A stretch of 64,000 bases of DNA, taken from IMG/VR virus record IMGVR_UViG_3300050821_009780, positions 32,001 to 96,000 of that record; one strand, written 5' to 3'. Positions 18,667-27,472 of the stretch are shown one piece after another. Source of the DNA: a virus. The translations under genes were made by a program, and so were the position numbers. Below the pieces are notes generated by a model. The model had not been told where the DNA came from, made no database searches, and worked only from the letters and a program-made list of their open reading frames with translations. How positions within the stretch are numbered: the first letter of the stretch is position 1; the number at the start of each line of letters is the position of its first letter.

Positions 18667-18871
18667 GACCCACCTCGCCGGGCCAGCGCGCTATCTGCCG
18701 CTGCAGGTAGTGCACGTCCACCGCGAACGCCGCCAGCAGAACGGCCTCGACCGCCCAGTAGCGGCAGCTCAGCTCGGAGACGGTCGGCACCCTGCCCGAG
18801 GCGATGGCCGCGATCTCGTAGCCGCACAGCAGCAGGACTGCCCCCTTGAGGACGGACCCCGGCTGCCTCAC
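18659..18871 (-). CDS. Small membrane protein
   Basis: LLLCGYEIAAIASGRVPTVSELS..; GTGA overlap. Confidence 0.6.
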   Translation of the reverse strand: MRQPGSVLKGAVLLLCGYEIAAIASGRVPTVSELSCRYWAVEAVLLAAFAVDVHYLQRQIARWPGEVGRA

Positions 18872-19134
18872 GGCTCCACTGCCAGCTGCTCCCCCTCGCA
18901 CGACTGCCTCCCGGCCACGTACTCGCCCCGCGCGAACAGCTCCGCGCAGAGATTGAGGTAACTGCACTCAGCGTCGGTCAGGGCCGTGGAAAAGCCCACC
19001 AGGTGCGTGCTGGCATCTGCGGGAACAGGCCCGGCTACCTGAGCCTGCTCCGCCTGCAGTGCGAGTCTCCGCAGGTCCGGTGTGCTCAGGTGAGCGTACG
19101 GTCCCGCCATGACTGGAGAATCGGTGAATCCCAT
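18868..19134 (-). CDS. Hypothetical protein
   Basis: SD GGAGG 5 nt before ATG. Confidence 0.6.
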   Translation of the reverse strand: MGFTDSPVMAGPYAHLSTPDLRRLALQAEQAQVAGPVPADASTHLVGFSTALTDAECSYLNLCAELFARGEYVAGRQSCEGEQLAVEP

Positions 19135-19199
19135 CGCAGCCTCCCCAGGTGCGACTGAAGACTTCCCGGACCGGGCTCCCCACCACGGGGCCCGGTCAG

Positions 19200-19325
19200 G
19201 TTGACTCTGTTTCTACACTCTAGTATCCCTCAGTGTCAACGGTTCAGGGATACTAAGGGCTACTGAGTAGGCGGCGATCACCCGAAGTTGACTCAAGACA
19301 ACGTTGGAACTAGGCTCAAGCCTAG
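19200..19325. promoter_or_regulatory. Divergent promoter/operator region
   Basis: Plus strand TTGACT-N17-TAGGCT (19288-19316); minus strand TTGACA at 19239-19234; inverted repeat TAGTATCCCT/AGGGATACTA (19221-19255); two copies of the 16-bp palindrome. Confidence 0.75.
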
Positions 19326-19411
19326 CCGGTACCGCTCACGGCTGAGCACGGCCGGCTCCGGAATTAGATTCCTCCGGACCCTGCGGGAATCTTGAACAGA
19401 GATGTACCCGA

Positions 19412-19855
19412 ATGACAGGAACCATCACCACCAACGCCCCCCTGCGCGGACTGCTGCGCACCGCACGGCGCCACACGCGGCTGTCGCAGAAGGAAGCGGC
19501 AGCGAAGGCCGGGGTGTCCTCGGCCTGGTGGAAGCGCGTGGAATCCGCCTACGAAACCTCAGTCTCCGCCGAGACCCTGGCCGACATGCTCGACGCCGTC
19601 GGCGTCCTGCCGGGCCACCTGGACGACCTGGGCGAGCACGTCCTGGCCGAGCTGATCATTGCCCGGCAGTCGTTCCGCGACACGGTCACCTCCTCCCAGG
19701 AAAGCCTGGAGGAGTACCTCATGAACGCCCCCGCTGCGGACGACCTGCGGCACGAACTTATCACCTACGTCCGCACGAGAAGCGTGCTGCGTACTATACG
19801 TAGTGACCCGTTCACCGACCAGTTCCATCCCGATTCGGCGGAGAAGCACAGATGA
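19412..19855 (+). CDS. XRE-family HTH transcriptional regulator
   Basis: LLRTARRHTRLSQKEAAAKAGVSSAWWKRVES. Confidence 0.88.
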   Translation: MTGTITTNAPLRGLLRTARRHTRLSQKEAAAKAGVSSAWWKRVESAYETSVSAETLADMLDAVGVLPGHLDDLGEHVLAELIIARQSFRDTVTSSQESLEEYLMNAPAADDLRHELITYVRTRSVLRTIRSDPFTDQFHPDSAEKHR

Positions 19856-20334
19856 TATTCAACGCAGTCACCGCCGTGACACTCGCCCCGACGGCAGTCA
19901 GCGCATCCTACTCGGCCCTGCAGGCAGAGACGAGACTGCTCATCCAGCTGAGCTTCTACGCCGCCCTGCTGTTCCTGGTGCTCTACACCATCCGCACCGC
20001 CTGGTGGCACACCGTGCACGGCCGGACGCTCGCGGCGCTGGCAGCCGCCTTCATCATCGTGATGCTGCGCGTCATGCTGGTGTACTGGCACCTCCTCGGC
20101 TCCCCCGACAAGGCCCCCGACGCCCTGGACTGGGGGTCCACCAGCTGCCTGCTGCTGGCTCCGCTGGCGTTCCTCACGATGAGCTGGCAGCTGGCGCGCA
20201 AGCCGGTCCGGCGCTGGGCGGCGAAGCTGCGGCCGAGGCACCCGGCACCGGGCGACGACCCGCTGGGTCCCGGGGCACCGGAGAAGAAGCTGAGCGAGTA
20301 CCCGGAGCGCAACCCGCGGCACAGCCAGGACTAG
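19852..20334 (+). CDS. Membrane protein (3 TM), paralog of 11738..12127
   Basis: FLVLYTIRTAWWHTVHGR versus FVVQYTLTSPWWKDRVG; ATGA-coupled to the XRE gene. Confidence 0.75.
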   Translation: MIFNAVTAVTLAPTAVSASYSALQAETRLLIQLSFYAALLFLVLYTIRTAWWHTVHGRTLAALAAAFIIVMLRVMLVYWHLLGSPDKAPDALDWGSTSCLLLAPLAFLTMSWQLARKPVRRWAAKLRPRHPAPGDDPLGPGAPEKKLSEYPERNPRHSQD

Positions 20335-20849
20335 GACAGCGCGTCGGTCCAGCCGCCGATGTACACCGCGTAGACCGCGCTCCCGGACAGCATCCAGTCG
20401 CCGTCGGGCACGGCTGTCCAGTCCGGCTCGGTGAGCAGCGCGCAGCCGAAGGTCACCAGGTCGCCCCAGGCGACGGTGTCCGCATCGCGGCGGTGCAGGT
20501 GGTTGTTGACGGCGGTGAACAGGGCGTTGGCCCGGTTGGCGGTGTCGGAGCTGGTGCGGATGACGCCCCCGGCCTGGTCGCGCACCGGGTCGGCCCAGAT
20601 GTCCACCCGGAGCCGGCGGAATCGCTGGCTGCCGCCCAGGGGCGGCGCGGACCAGCCGCCGTAGTCGGAGCAGACCACGGCCAGCTGGCTGGTGCCCTTC
20701 ATGTTGACCAGGATGTCCCCGGCGAACAAGTACGGCTGCCCCTGGTTGCCGCCCACCGGGTCGGACAGGCTGAAGCTGCCGAGCAGCGAGGTCACGTCGC
20801 TGAACTGGGACAGGTACTTCCGGCCGCCGGTGCCGACATCGTCAGGCAC
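20331..20849 (-). CDS. Tail terminator/completion protein (putative)
   Basis: C-terminal part of ORF 20331..21377 from GTG 20849; RLRVDIWAD strand; position among neck genes. Confidence 0.6.
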   Translation of the reverse strand: MPDDVGTGGRKYLSQFSDVTSLLGSFSLSDPVGGNQGQPYLFAGDILVNMKGTSQLAVVCSDYGGWSAPPLGGSQRFRRLRVDIWADPVRDQAGGVIRTSSDTANRANALFTAVNNHLHRRDADTVAWGDLVTFGCALLTEPDWTAVPDGDWMLSGSAVYAVYIGGWTDALS

Positions 20850-20985
20850 GGTACTCGTCCCCCGCGCGCCTGACCGCCTGGGCGGTGCAGGCCGCGCAGC
20901 GGCAGCGGAAGAAGCGCCGCCGCTTCCGGGGCGGCGGCTCCTGCTCGGGCTCCTGCTCGGGCTCCTGCGGTTCCTCGTCGGCCAT
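20842..20985 (-). CDS. Small acidic/basic Cys peptide
   Basis: MADEEPQEPEQEPEQEPPPRKRRRFFRCRCAAC..; overlaps both neighbours. Confidence 0.45.
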   Translation of the reverse strand: MADEEPQEPEQEPEQEPPPRKRRRFFRCRCAACTAQAVRRAGDEYRA

Positions 20986-21326
20986 AACGTCCCTACCAGG
21001 ATGCCGGTGTCGGTGCCGTCGCCGGCAACCCAGGTGAACTCGCCCTCGGCCCCGACCGGCCGGTGCATCATGCAGCGGCAGCAGTAGGTGGCCCCGTAGA
21101 AGCCGGGCCGCCGGGCGTACGTCTCGCACAGCGCCAGGCCCATGGTGGTGACCGCGCCGCACTCCGGGTCGTGGTGGAGGTAGGAGCGGTACACCGGGCG
21201 GACGAACCCCTTGGCCCGCTCCTCCTCGCTGAGCACCAGGTACTTGCTGTTCATGCCCTTGGGCTCGCGGTCGGCCCCGTGACCCAGCTCCGGGTCGTCC
21301 GGGTCGGTGGTCAGTCCCGTACCCAT
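20985..21326 (-). CDS. Phage Zn-binding protein whose expected stop is a TTA codon
   Basis: YLVLSEEERAKGFVRPV..CGAVTTM..ETYAR.P.FYGATYCC.C..H.PVG..GEF.W..VGT, then reads on in frame to 20331. Confidence 0.7.
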
Positions 21327-21327
21327 G

Positions 21328-21798
21328 TCAGCCTCCCGAGCGCGGCGCAAGGCCGCCGGCCGGGGCGGCACCGCCACTGCCGTCGGTCACGTAGTCCCAG
21401 ACCGCCTGCCGCACGCCCCGCTCGAACTGGGGGCCGCCGCCGTCGGTGTAGGCGCCGAAGAAGTTGTGGCCTCCCTCGGGATGGTTGTGCGTGGCGCGGT
21501 GGCCGCGGGCCAGCTCGTAGATGCCGGGGTAGCGGGAGTAGTCGATCTCTCCCTCCCAGTCATCGATGCCGGCGCTGGACCGGGTGATGCCGGACCCCTT
21601 GAGGTACCCGGTGATCACGTGCACGTGGGCCTCGGTGAGGACGGCGCCGAGCGCGAGCGCCGCCTCCATGGCGAGCAGGGTCTCCCCGGCCGGGCCCTTG
21701 ATGAGCCGGTCCAGCTCCGGCCCGGCGGCGTGGGGGAAGCCGTAGAGCTCGGAGTTCACCTGCCAGGAGACGCTGACGTGGCTGAAGCTGATGGCCAT
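21328..21798 (-). CDS. Neck/tail completion protein (HK97 gp10-like, putative)
   Basis: VHVITGYLKGSG..YPGIYELARG; neck position. Confidence 0.6.
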   Translation of the reverse strand: MAISFSHVSVSWQVNSELYGFPHAAGPELDRLIKGPAGETLLAMEAALALGAVLTEAHVHVITGYLKGSGITRSSAGIDDWEGEIDYSRYPGIYELARGHRATHNHPEGGHNFFGAYTDGGGPQFERGVRQAVWDYVTDGSGGAAPAGGLAPRSGG

Positions 21799-21824
21799 GC
21801 CTGTCCAATCGGGGGCTTGCCGGG

Positions 21825-22259
21825 CTAGTGGATGTGCTGGATAACGGCGATGATGACCTCGGTCACGATGACGACAACAGATATCACCGCACCGATGATG
21901 AGCATGCGCTGCTGCACGACCGCCTGGTCTTTCCGGCGGATCTCCTTCTCGGTCCGGGCCCCGGTCTCGATGACCGACAGCCGGTCCTCGATGGCGCGCA
22001 GCCGGAGATCGACCGAGACGGCATGCTGGTCGAACAGGTCGCGTCCTACCTTGGTCCCCGCGATATCCCCCATCGCGTCCCGGAACTCGTTCATCCCGCC
22101 CAGCCGCACGGCGAGGTCAGCCGCGGTCTGGGACACCTGGGCACGCTGCTCACTGAACCGCCGGTCCATCTCCCCCTGCAGCTCGCGGTAGATGTGGTCG
22201 ATGTACTCGCGGAAAGAAACGCCGTCAGCTGGCGCCTCCTGGTGACGATGGATGGCCAT
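21825..22259 (-). CDS. Coiled-coil protein with a C-terminal TM helix
   Basis: GMNEFR motif; terminal hydrophobic helix. Confidence 0.75.
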   Translation of the reverse strand: MAIHRHQEAPADGVSFREYIDHIYRELQGEMDRRFSEQRAQVSQTAADLAVRLGGMNEFRDAMGDIAGTKVGRDLFDQHAVSVDLRLRAIEDRLSVIETGARTEKEIRRKDQAVVQQRMLIIGAVISVVVIVTEVIIAVIQHIH

Positions 22260-22275
22260 GCCTGTCCCATCGGGG

Positions 22276-22611
22276 CTATCTGGGCTGCGCCAGGTGCTTC
22301 TTCAGCTCCTCGTGCCGCTTGTCGATGTGCAGCTTGATGTCCCCGGAGGTGAGCCCGGTGGTGACGAGGGAGAACGTGGCCGCGAACAGCGGGATGACGG
22401 TGAGCATCATGGCGACGGCGATGGCGTGCGGGGCCCAGCCGTGCGGGGCGACATCGCCGTAGCCGACCGTGGTGGCGGTGGTGACGGCGAAGTACAGGCC
22501 CACGGCAGCGGAGACATGCTGGGCGGCGGCGAACAGCAGGCCGAGAACGATGTCCAGTGCCACGGCGGCGGCCATGATGCCCGCCGCCCGCCTGTGGTGC
22601 CTGTTGCCCAT
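22276..22611 (-). CDS. Miniature 2-TM potassium channel (KcsA/Kcv-like pore)
   Basis: 111 aa: TM1, GLYFAVTTATTVGYGDVAP, TM2. Confidence 0.92.
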   Translation of the reverse strand: MGNRHHRRAAGIMAAAVALDIVLGLLFAAAQHVSAAVGLYFAVTTATTVGYGDVAPHGWAPHAIAVAMMLTVIPLFAATFSLVTTGLTSGDIKLHIDKRHEELKKHLAQPR

Positions 22612-22973
22612 CAGCCCCCCTGCCCCCCCAGCAGTGCCACTATCTGCTCCAGCAGCTCGCGCTCGGACTTCTCGGGCCTGGCCTTCTCGTGGTGGATGTT
22701 GCACCAGGGGGTGCCGCTGACCTTGTGCCGCCCGATGCGCAGGCAGCCGGGCTCGTGGCAGTTCAGGCTGTGCCACAGGCCGAGGATCATGCCGCTGAAC
22801 CCGAGCGCGGTGATGATCATGGGGCCGACGCCGGACACGAAGTCGTAGTTCTGCGACGCCTGGGTGTCGATGCCGAAGAAGTGCGCCCAGCCGTGCTCGT
22901 ACATGACCAGCGCCCAGGCGCCTCCTGCCCCGAGGAGAATCCCGGAGAGGAACAGGACCGCGAACCGCCTCAC
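22611..22973 (-). CDS. Membrane protein with a Cys/His motif
   Basis: Two TM helices then CHEPGC.RIGRH..WCNIHH; TGATG-coupled to the channel gene. Confidence 0.7.
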   Translation of the reverse strand: MRRFAVLFLSGILLGAGGAWALVMYEHGWAHFFGIDTQASQNYDFVSGVGPMIITALGFSGMILGLWHSLNCHEPGCLRIGRHKVSGTPWCNIHHEKARPEKSERELLEQIVALLGGQGG

Positions 22974-23461
22974 GGGGCACCTCCGGGGAAGGGCGTCGGG
23001 CTGCCGGGACCGGACTGGGCCGCGACCTCGACGACCTGGGTCTCGCAGTGCGCCGCGCCGCGGTAGGACTGGAGCTGATCGGCCGGGTTGCGCATCTCGA
23101 AGGTACCGGAGACGGGGCCGGAGACGCACAGGAACCGGTCGCCCGCCTTCACCAGCGGCACCCCGCCGGCATCGGTGACCGGGTCGTAGTACATGACGCC
23201 GAACCGGTCCTGCGGGCGGCCCGCCGTCAGCGGCGGCGGCTGATCCTTGCCGGGGCGCAGCCGGCCGAGGGCGATGCGGCAGGCGAGCAGGCCGGGCTGG
23301 TCGAGCACCACGTCCACCACGTCGGGGACCGCGTTCCAGGTGATGGACATGCCGCCGGACTCCTCCAGCACCGGGAGCAGCCGCAGCACCTGCACCACCG
23401 AGGAGTACAGGCCGCGGACCGGGGACAGGCCGGCCTGGTAGGGCTGGTAGGGAGTCGTCAC
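22970..23461 (-). CDS. Head-to-tail stopper/closure protein (putative)
   Basis: Follows the adaptor; beta-rich with KAGDR..HCE.QV.E pattern. Confidence 0.6.
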   Translation of the reverse strand: MTTPYQPYQAGLSPVRGLYSSVVQVLRLLPVLEESGGMSITWNAVPDVVDVVLDQPGLLACRIALGRLRPGKDQPPPLTAGRPQDRFGVMYYDPVTDAGGVPLVKAGDRFLCVSGPVSGTFEMRNPADQLQSYRGAAHCETQVVEVAAQSGPGSPTPFPGGAP

Positions 23462-23534
23462 GGGTACCTCACGCTTGGGGCAGGAGCAGAGCCCCAGGTC
23501 ACGTCACTGCCCCTGCCGACGTTGACCATCGGGC

Positions 23535-24143
23535 CTACCCGGTGCCGGGGTCGCCGGGGAACGATTCTGCATTCACGTCCGGGCCGAAGCCGGGGATGTC
23601 CACCTTGTTGAAGTCGCCGGGCCCGAGGAGCACCATCTCCCCGGTGCGGCGGTCCTCGCGCAGCATGATGCCGATGTCCCGGTCGGCGCTGTCGCCGCTG
23701 CGGTCGAAGCAGCGGAGCTGGCCGAAGAACACCCCGCCGGCCCGGGTGCGCTTGGACAGGTACTGCACGGCGGTATCCCACAGCTCGACGCCGGTCGAGC
23801 CGATGCCCAGTTCCTGGGCCTGCACGTTGCGGACCTGGATGGGCGGCGGCTTGCTGAAGGTGTAGTCGCCGATGGTCTCGCTCATGGCCGGGCTGGCGAC
23901 CATCTGCTGGTAGGGCTGCTTGAGGTAGGTCCAGTCGGCGTAGGCGAGGATGCCGTACACGGCGAGCTGCTGGTCGTCGCTGTTGAGCGCGGCGAAGTCG
24001 GAGTTGTTGCCGTAGTTGACCTCGGTGACGGTGGTGAAGATGATGGTCGCCTGGATCAGGGCGGACGTGGCGTAGCTGGTGTAGCTGGTCTCCGGGCGGC
24101 CGGAGAACTCGGCCAGCTGCGCGAGGGACGGGACCGGTATCAC
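23535..24143 (-). CDS. Head-to-tail adaptor
   Basis: GTG 24143; P..L..FSGRP..; SETIGDYTFSK. Confidence 0.75.
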   Translation of the reverse strand: MIPVPSLAQLAEFSGRPETSYTSYATSALIQATIIFTTVTEVNYGNNSDFAALNSDDQQLAVYGILAYADWTYLKQPYQQMVASPAMSETIGDYTFSKPPPIQVRNVQAQELGIGSTGVELWDTAVQYLSKRTRAGGVFFGQLRCFDRSGDSADRDIGIMLREDRRTGEMVLLGPGDFNKVDIPGFGPDVNAESFPGDPGTG

Positions 24144-24574
24144 CCCAGCAGCCTCCGGACGTACTCGTAGGCGGCGTAATCGCTCGCGCTGGCGGTGTGC
24201 ACGCCCGCGTTGCCGCGGTGGTGCTTGACGCAGAGCAGCTCCAGGTTCTCCGCGCTCTCGACCCACGCCCCGACGCCCATGGTGGAGACCCCCGGGTAGG
24301 CAGGCTCCAGCAGCGCCAGGTCAACGCTGTTCAGCGTCGCGAACTCGATAATCCGGTGATGGCACTCCAGCGGGTTGGCGTTGTCGCACTCGCTGGTATC
24401 ACCGCCGCGGTAAGCCTTGGCGAAGTCGCAGTAGTACGTCCCCGCCTTGCGGCGCAGCGCCTTGTAGGCGTGGAAGTCGGCGTAGTGCGGATCAGAGGTG
24501 CGCGGGCCGTGCTCGGGATAGGACACCGAGTACGAGTGGGTCACCTTCTGGACGTGCGCCGGGACATCCGTCAT
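24140..24574 (-). CDS. HNH-like protein
   Basis: LECHH..IEF..WVESAENLELLCVKHHRG..GVH. Confidence 0.6.
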   Translation of the reverse strand: MTDVPAHVQKVTHSYSVSYPEHGPRTSDPHYADFHAYKALRRKAGTYYCDFAKAYRGGDTSECDNANPLECHHRIIEFATLNSVDLALLEPAYPGVSTMGVGAWVESAENLELLCVKHHRGNAGVHTASASDYAAYEYVRRLLG

Positions 24575-24590
24575 GTCCTGGTAATCGGGA

Positions 24591-24983
24591 CTACAGCAGG
24601 GCGGAGATGTCCACGACCGGGCCGAGGGTGTGCGGCACGGAGACCCCGGTCACCGGGACCGGGTTGAGGATGTCCGGGGTGTTCAGCCGCTGGGTGATCG
24701 TGTAGGTGAAAGACGGGGACACCGCGTCGGTGCAGACAACGGTGACCGGGACCGCGGTGCCGTTGGTCACGGTGAGCACGGTGCTGCCCTCCAGCACCGC
24801 CCAGCCGGGAATGTACGCCGGCTCGCTCGGGGTCAGGATGATGTCGCCGTCGAGCAGCTCGCCGCCGGTGCCGACCAGGGACTCGCCGGTGACGGTGATG
24901 ACGCCCAGCCAGAACGGGAACGGGACACGGGTGACCACGGCGTCGGCGGCGGTGCCGGCATCGCTGTCGGAGATCGCGGTCAT
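24591..24983 (-). CDS. Hypothetical Thr/Val-rich protein, possibly virion
   Basis: Beta-strand-like composition; operon-consistent. Confidence 0.6.
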   Translation of the reverse strand: MTAISDSDAGTAADAVVTRVPFPFWLGVITVTGESLVGTGGELLDGDIILTPSEPAYIPGWAVLEGSTVLTVTNGTAVPVTVVCTDAVSPSFTYTITQRLNTPDILNPVPVTGVSVPHTLGPVVDISALL

Positions 24984-24990
24984 GGCCCTG

Positions 24991-25641
24991 CTACCAGGGG
25001 ACCAGGGACTGGGAGCCGTCCCCGGCCGCGTGCGCGGGCACCGAGACGCCGCGGGACCAGCGGCTGGCCGCGGCGGTGCTCAGGGGGATCTCCGCCCCCG
25101 GCGGCGGCGCGGCACCGGGCCAGGGGCCGAAGTCGAAGAAGATCCGGCCGTACCGGGCGTACTGCTCGGCCTTGGACAGCCTGATCCAGGTCAGCGCGGA
25201 CTCCCACTTGGGGTGCTTCGGGCCGATCTGTAGCATCTCGCCGACCTGCCACACCTTGCCGCCCCAGGTGAAGCCGTCCTCGACGAAGTGCACCATGATG
25301 GTCTTCTCGCTCGGGTCCGCAATCTGGGTGACATCGCGGACCTGCTGCTCGGCGGCGAGGTTGGCGGCGAGCACCTGGGCGTGCTCCCGGTCGCGGGCCG
25401 CCTGCTCCTGGGCGGTCAGCGGGCGCTGCACCGCCTCCCGGACGGCCTCCAGGTCCACCCGGGGGCCGAGGTCCACGGAGCCGAGGGGCAGGCCGCACTC
25501 GCCGCAGAAGCGGGTCCCTGCGGCGTTGGCGTGGCCCAGCGGGCACTCGGCCGAACCGGGCTGCGCCGGGGCGGCAGGGGCCGCCTCCGGGCCGTCCAGC
25601 CGCCTTGCCGCCTTGACCACGTCCACCAGGTAATCCGCCAT
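24991..25641 (-). CDS. Zinc-ribbon protein
   Basis: ECPLGH.N..RFCGECG; HFVEDGFT; ATG 25641 lies 10 nt after CGAT. Confidence 0.75.
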   Translation of the reverse strand: MADYLVDVVKAARRLDGPEAAPAAPAQPGSAECPLGHANAAGTRFCGECGLPLGSVDLGPRVDLEAVREAVQRPLTAQEQAARDREHAQVLAANLAAEQQVRDVTQIADPSEKTIMVHFVEDGFTWGGKVWQVGEMLQIGPKHPKWESALTWIRLSKAEQYARYGRIFFDFGPWPGAAPPPGAEIPLSTAAASRWSRGVSVPAHAAGDGSQSLVPW

Positions 25642-25642
25642 G

Positions 25643-25906
25643 TCAGGTCCGATCGTCTGGGGCACGGAGGTTCCGGCCATCGTACTGCTCCACGGTGTAA
25701 GCATTGCCAGCCAGGACCCTGATGACCAGCCCCCGGTAGCCGTACAGGTCCAGGGGATAGGCAGCGTAGCGGTACCAGCGCGGGTTCAGCCGGTAGTGGT
25801 GCAGCCACTGCAGGTACCACCGGAGGTTCCGGGCGATGACCGGCACCGGAGGCTGGTTGGCCGCGAGCGCCTGCGCGTGCCCCGGACTGCTGTACTGCTC
25901 ACTCAT
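25643..25906 (-). CDS. Hypothetical protein
   Basis: ATG 25906 overlaps the upstream stop. Confidence 0.55.
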   Translation of the reverse strand: MSEQYSSPGHAQALAANQPPVPVIARNLRWYLQWLHHYRLNPRWYRYAAYPLDLYGYRGLVIRVLAGNAYTVEQYDGRNLRAPDDRT

Positions 25907-26366
25907 CCGGGTGCAGCGCCTGCCCGCGCGGTCCCTTGCCATCGCGGGGCAGCCCACACGCCAGGCAGGTCTCCGGGGCCATGGCCCAGGCGGTGAACTG
26001 CTCCGGGTCGGCGGGCGGGGTGTAGGCATGCGGCACCGGGCGGGCATCGACACTGATCCCGCCCTCGGCGGTGCGCTTCACCACGACGCGCAGGGCCGGC
26101 CGGCCGCTGCCCGAGCAGCCGGGGCACGCCTGGGCGGTGGGGCTGTCCGCGCCGAGGACCCCGAAGCCGAGGCAGTCCTCGCACAGGCCGAGGCCGGGGC
26201 AGTCCTCGCGGCGCAGCGGGTGCACCTCGGCCTCGGGGTACATCTGCGGCAGGTGCTGGCCGAGGATGTTGACCTCGGTCCAGTCGGTGTGCTTGCTGTG
26301 CGCCGGGCCGAGCTTCCGGGCCCCGCAGGGCAGCGGGCCGGACAGGACCCACGCGGCGGTGCTCAC
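25899..26366 (-). CDS. Cys-rich protein with DnaJ-like CxxCxGxG motifs
   Basis: CEDCLGFG..CPGCSGSG. Confidence 0.6.
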   Translation of the reverse strand: MSTAAWVLSGPLPCGARKLGPAHSKHTDWTEVNILGQHLPQMYPEAEVHPLRREDCPGLGLCEDCLGFGVLGADSPTAQACPGCSGSGRPALRVVVKRTAEGGISVDARPVPHAYTPPADPEQFTAWAMAPETCLACGLPRDGKGPRGQALHPDE

Positions 26367-26500
26367 TGCTCCTCCAGCAGCTCGTCCACCTCGTCCAGGT
26401 CGATGTCCAACCCGGCGGTGTCCAGCGCGGGCAGCGGCCACGCCTGCTCGTGCGGCTCGGCGCGGCGGCTCCGGCGGCGCTGCTTCTGGATGAACTTCAT
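26363..26500 (-). CDS. 45-aa Pup-like peptide lacking the C-terminal GG[QE]
   Basis: MKFIQKQRRRS..LDIDLDEVDELLEEQ; ATGA/GTGA-coupled on both sides. Confidence 0.55.
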   Translation of the reverse strand: MKFIQKQRRRSRRAEPHEQAWPLPALDTAGLDIDLDEVDELLEEQ

Positions 26501-27240
26501 ACCACTAGTACCCCCGGCTCGCACGGGAACACGATCTCCCGGTAGTCTTGAGGGCCGTATCGCGAAGTATAACAGCCGGAGCGGTGCTGCGCATAGAAGT
26601 ACTCCGACAGCGGCCAGGAGGTCTGGGTGGAGGCCAGCCCGCAGTGCATCACCCGCGACCGGGCCGGGAACACGCTGGCCAGGCCGCTGTTCTTCACCTG
26701 CAGCATCAGGTTCAGGTCCCAGCTCTCCGGGTTGCCGTGATCGCCCGGCCCCCAGTGAGGAGCGATGACGTTCTCCCACCGGTCGCGCCAGGTGCCCCAC
26801 ACCAGGGGGCTGAACCAGGGGGCGCGGGCGACGACGGCGGGATCCTTGAGCCTGCTGGCCCGGGTGTGCGCGCAGACCGCGGCCACGTCCTTGTCCTGCG
26901 CGTAGGCATCCCTGGCCCAGGCGAGGTACTCCAGGGTGTCGTCGGCGACCTCCAGATCCTCCTCGGCGACGACGGCGAAATCCTCCCGCTCCAGCGCCAG
27001 CTCCGCCGCGCGGCGGGTGTTGCGCAGGCAGCCCAGCCGCTCGTCCGCGACGTGCACCGAGGAGCCAGGGAAGCTGCGCGCGGCGAACGCGGCGAACTCG
27101 GCGGCGGGGAAGTTGTTCGCCGGCGGCTCCAGCGCGAACAGCATCGTGGCCTCGCGCACCCCCCGGACCTTCGCCCACGACTCCAGCGCGGCCCGCAGGT
27201 ACTGCTGCCGCAGGCAGGAGACGGTGAACGCGACGATCAC
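26497..27240 (-). CDS. GT-A glycosyltransferase (GT13/GnT-I-like motifs)
   Basis: R.QYL..ALESW..EP..EEDL..WGTWRDRW..SWD..P..SRV.H.G. Confidence 0.8.
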   Translation of the reverse strand: MIVAFTVSCLRQQYLRAALESWAKVRGVREATMLFALEPPANNFPAAEFAAFAARSFPGSSVHVADERLGCLRNTRRAAELALEREDFAVVAEEDLEVADDTLEYLAWARDAYAQDKDVAAVCAHTRASRLKDPAVVARAPWFSPLVWGTWRDRWENVIAPHWGPGDHGNPESWDLNLMLQVKNSGLASVFPARSRVMHCGLASTQTSWPLSEYFYAQHRSGCYTSRYGPQDYREIVFPCEPGVLVV

Positions 27241-27470
27241 CCGTCCGCGGCCTCCGGCTTGCGGGCACGCGGCCGGCTGCGCGGGCTCTTCGCCCCGTCG
27301 CCGTCGGAGTCCGCTTCCCGCTCCCACATCACCGCGACCTCGGTGAAGTTCATGATGGTGGTGTGCATGTGCCAGCCGTCGGCGGACATCCTGTCCATGG
27401 ACTCCTGCGCGGCGGCGGCCCGGGAGCTGTCCTGGAAGCTGTACATGGAGAACTGGTAGCGGAAGGCCAT
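27237..27470 (-). CDS. Hypothetical protein
   Basis: Operon-consistent 77 aa. Confidence 0.65.
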   Translation of the reverse strand: MAFRYQFSMYSFQDSSRAAAAQESMDRMSADGWHMHTTIMNFTEVAVMWEREADSDGDGAKSPRSRPRARKPEAADG

Positions 27471-27472
27471 GG

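Noticed and set aside
20331-21377. A single 348-aa gene as listed in the ORF track
   Set aside because: Looks like two genes joined through a TTA and a low-complexity linker that overlaps a third small ORF.
11067-21798. Contractile tail sheath
   Set aside because: No suitably sized sheath-like ORF precedes the tube gene; the layout is siphovirus-like within this window.
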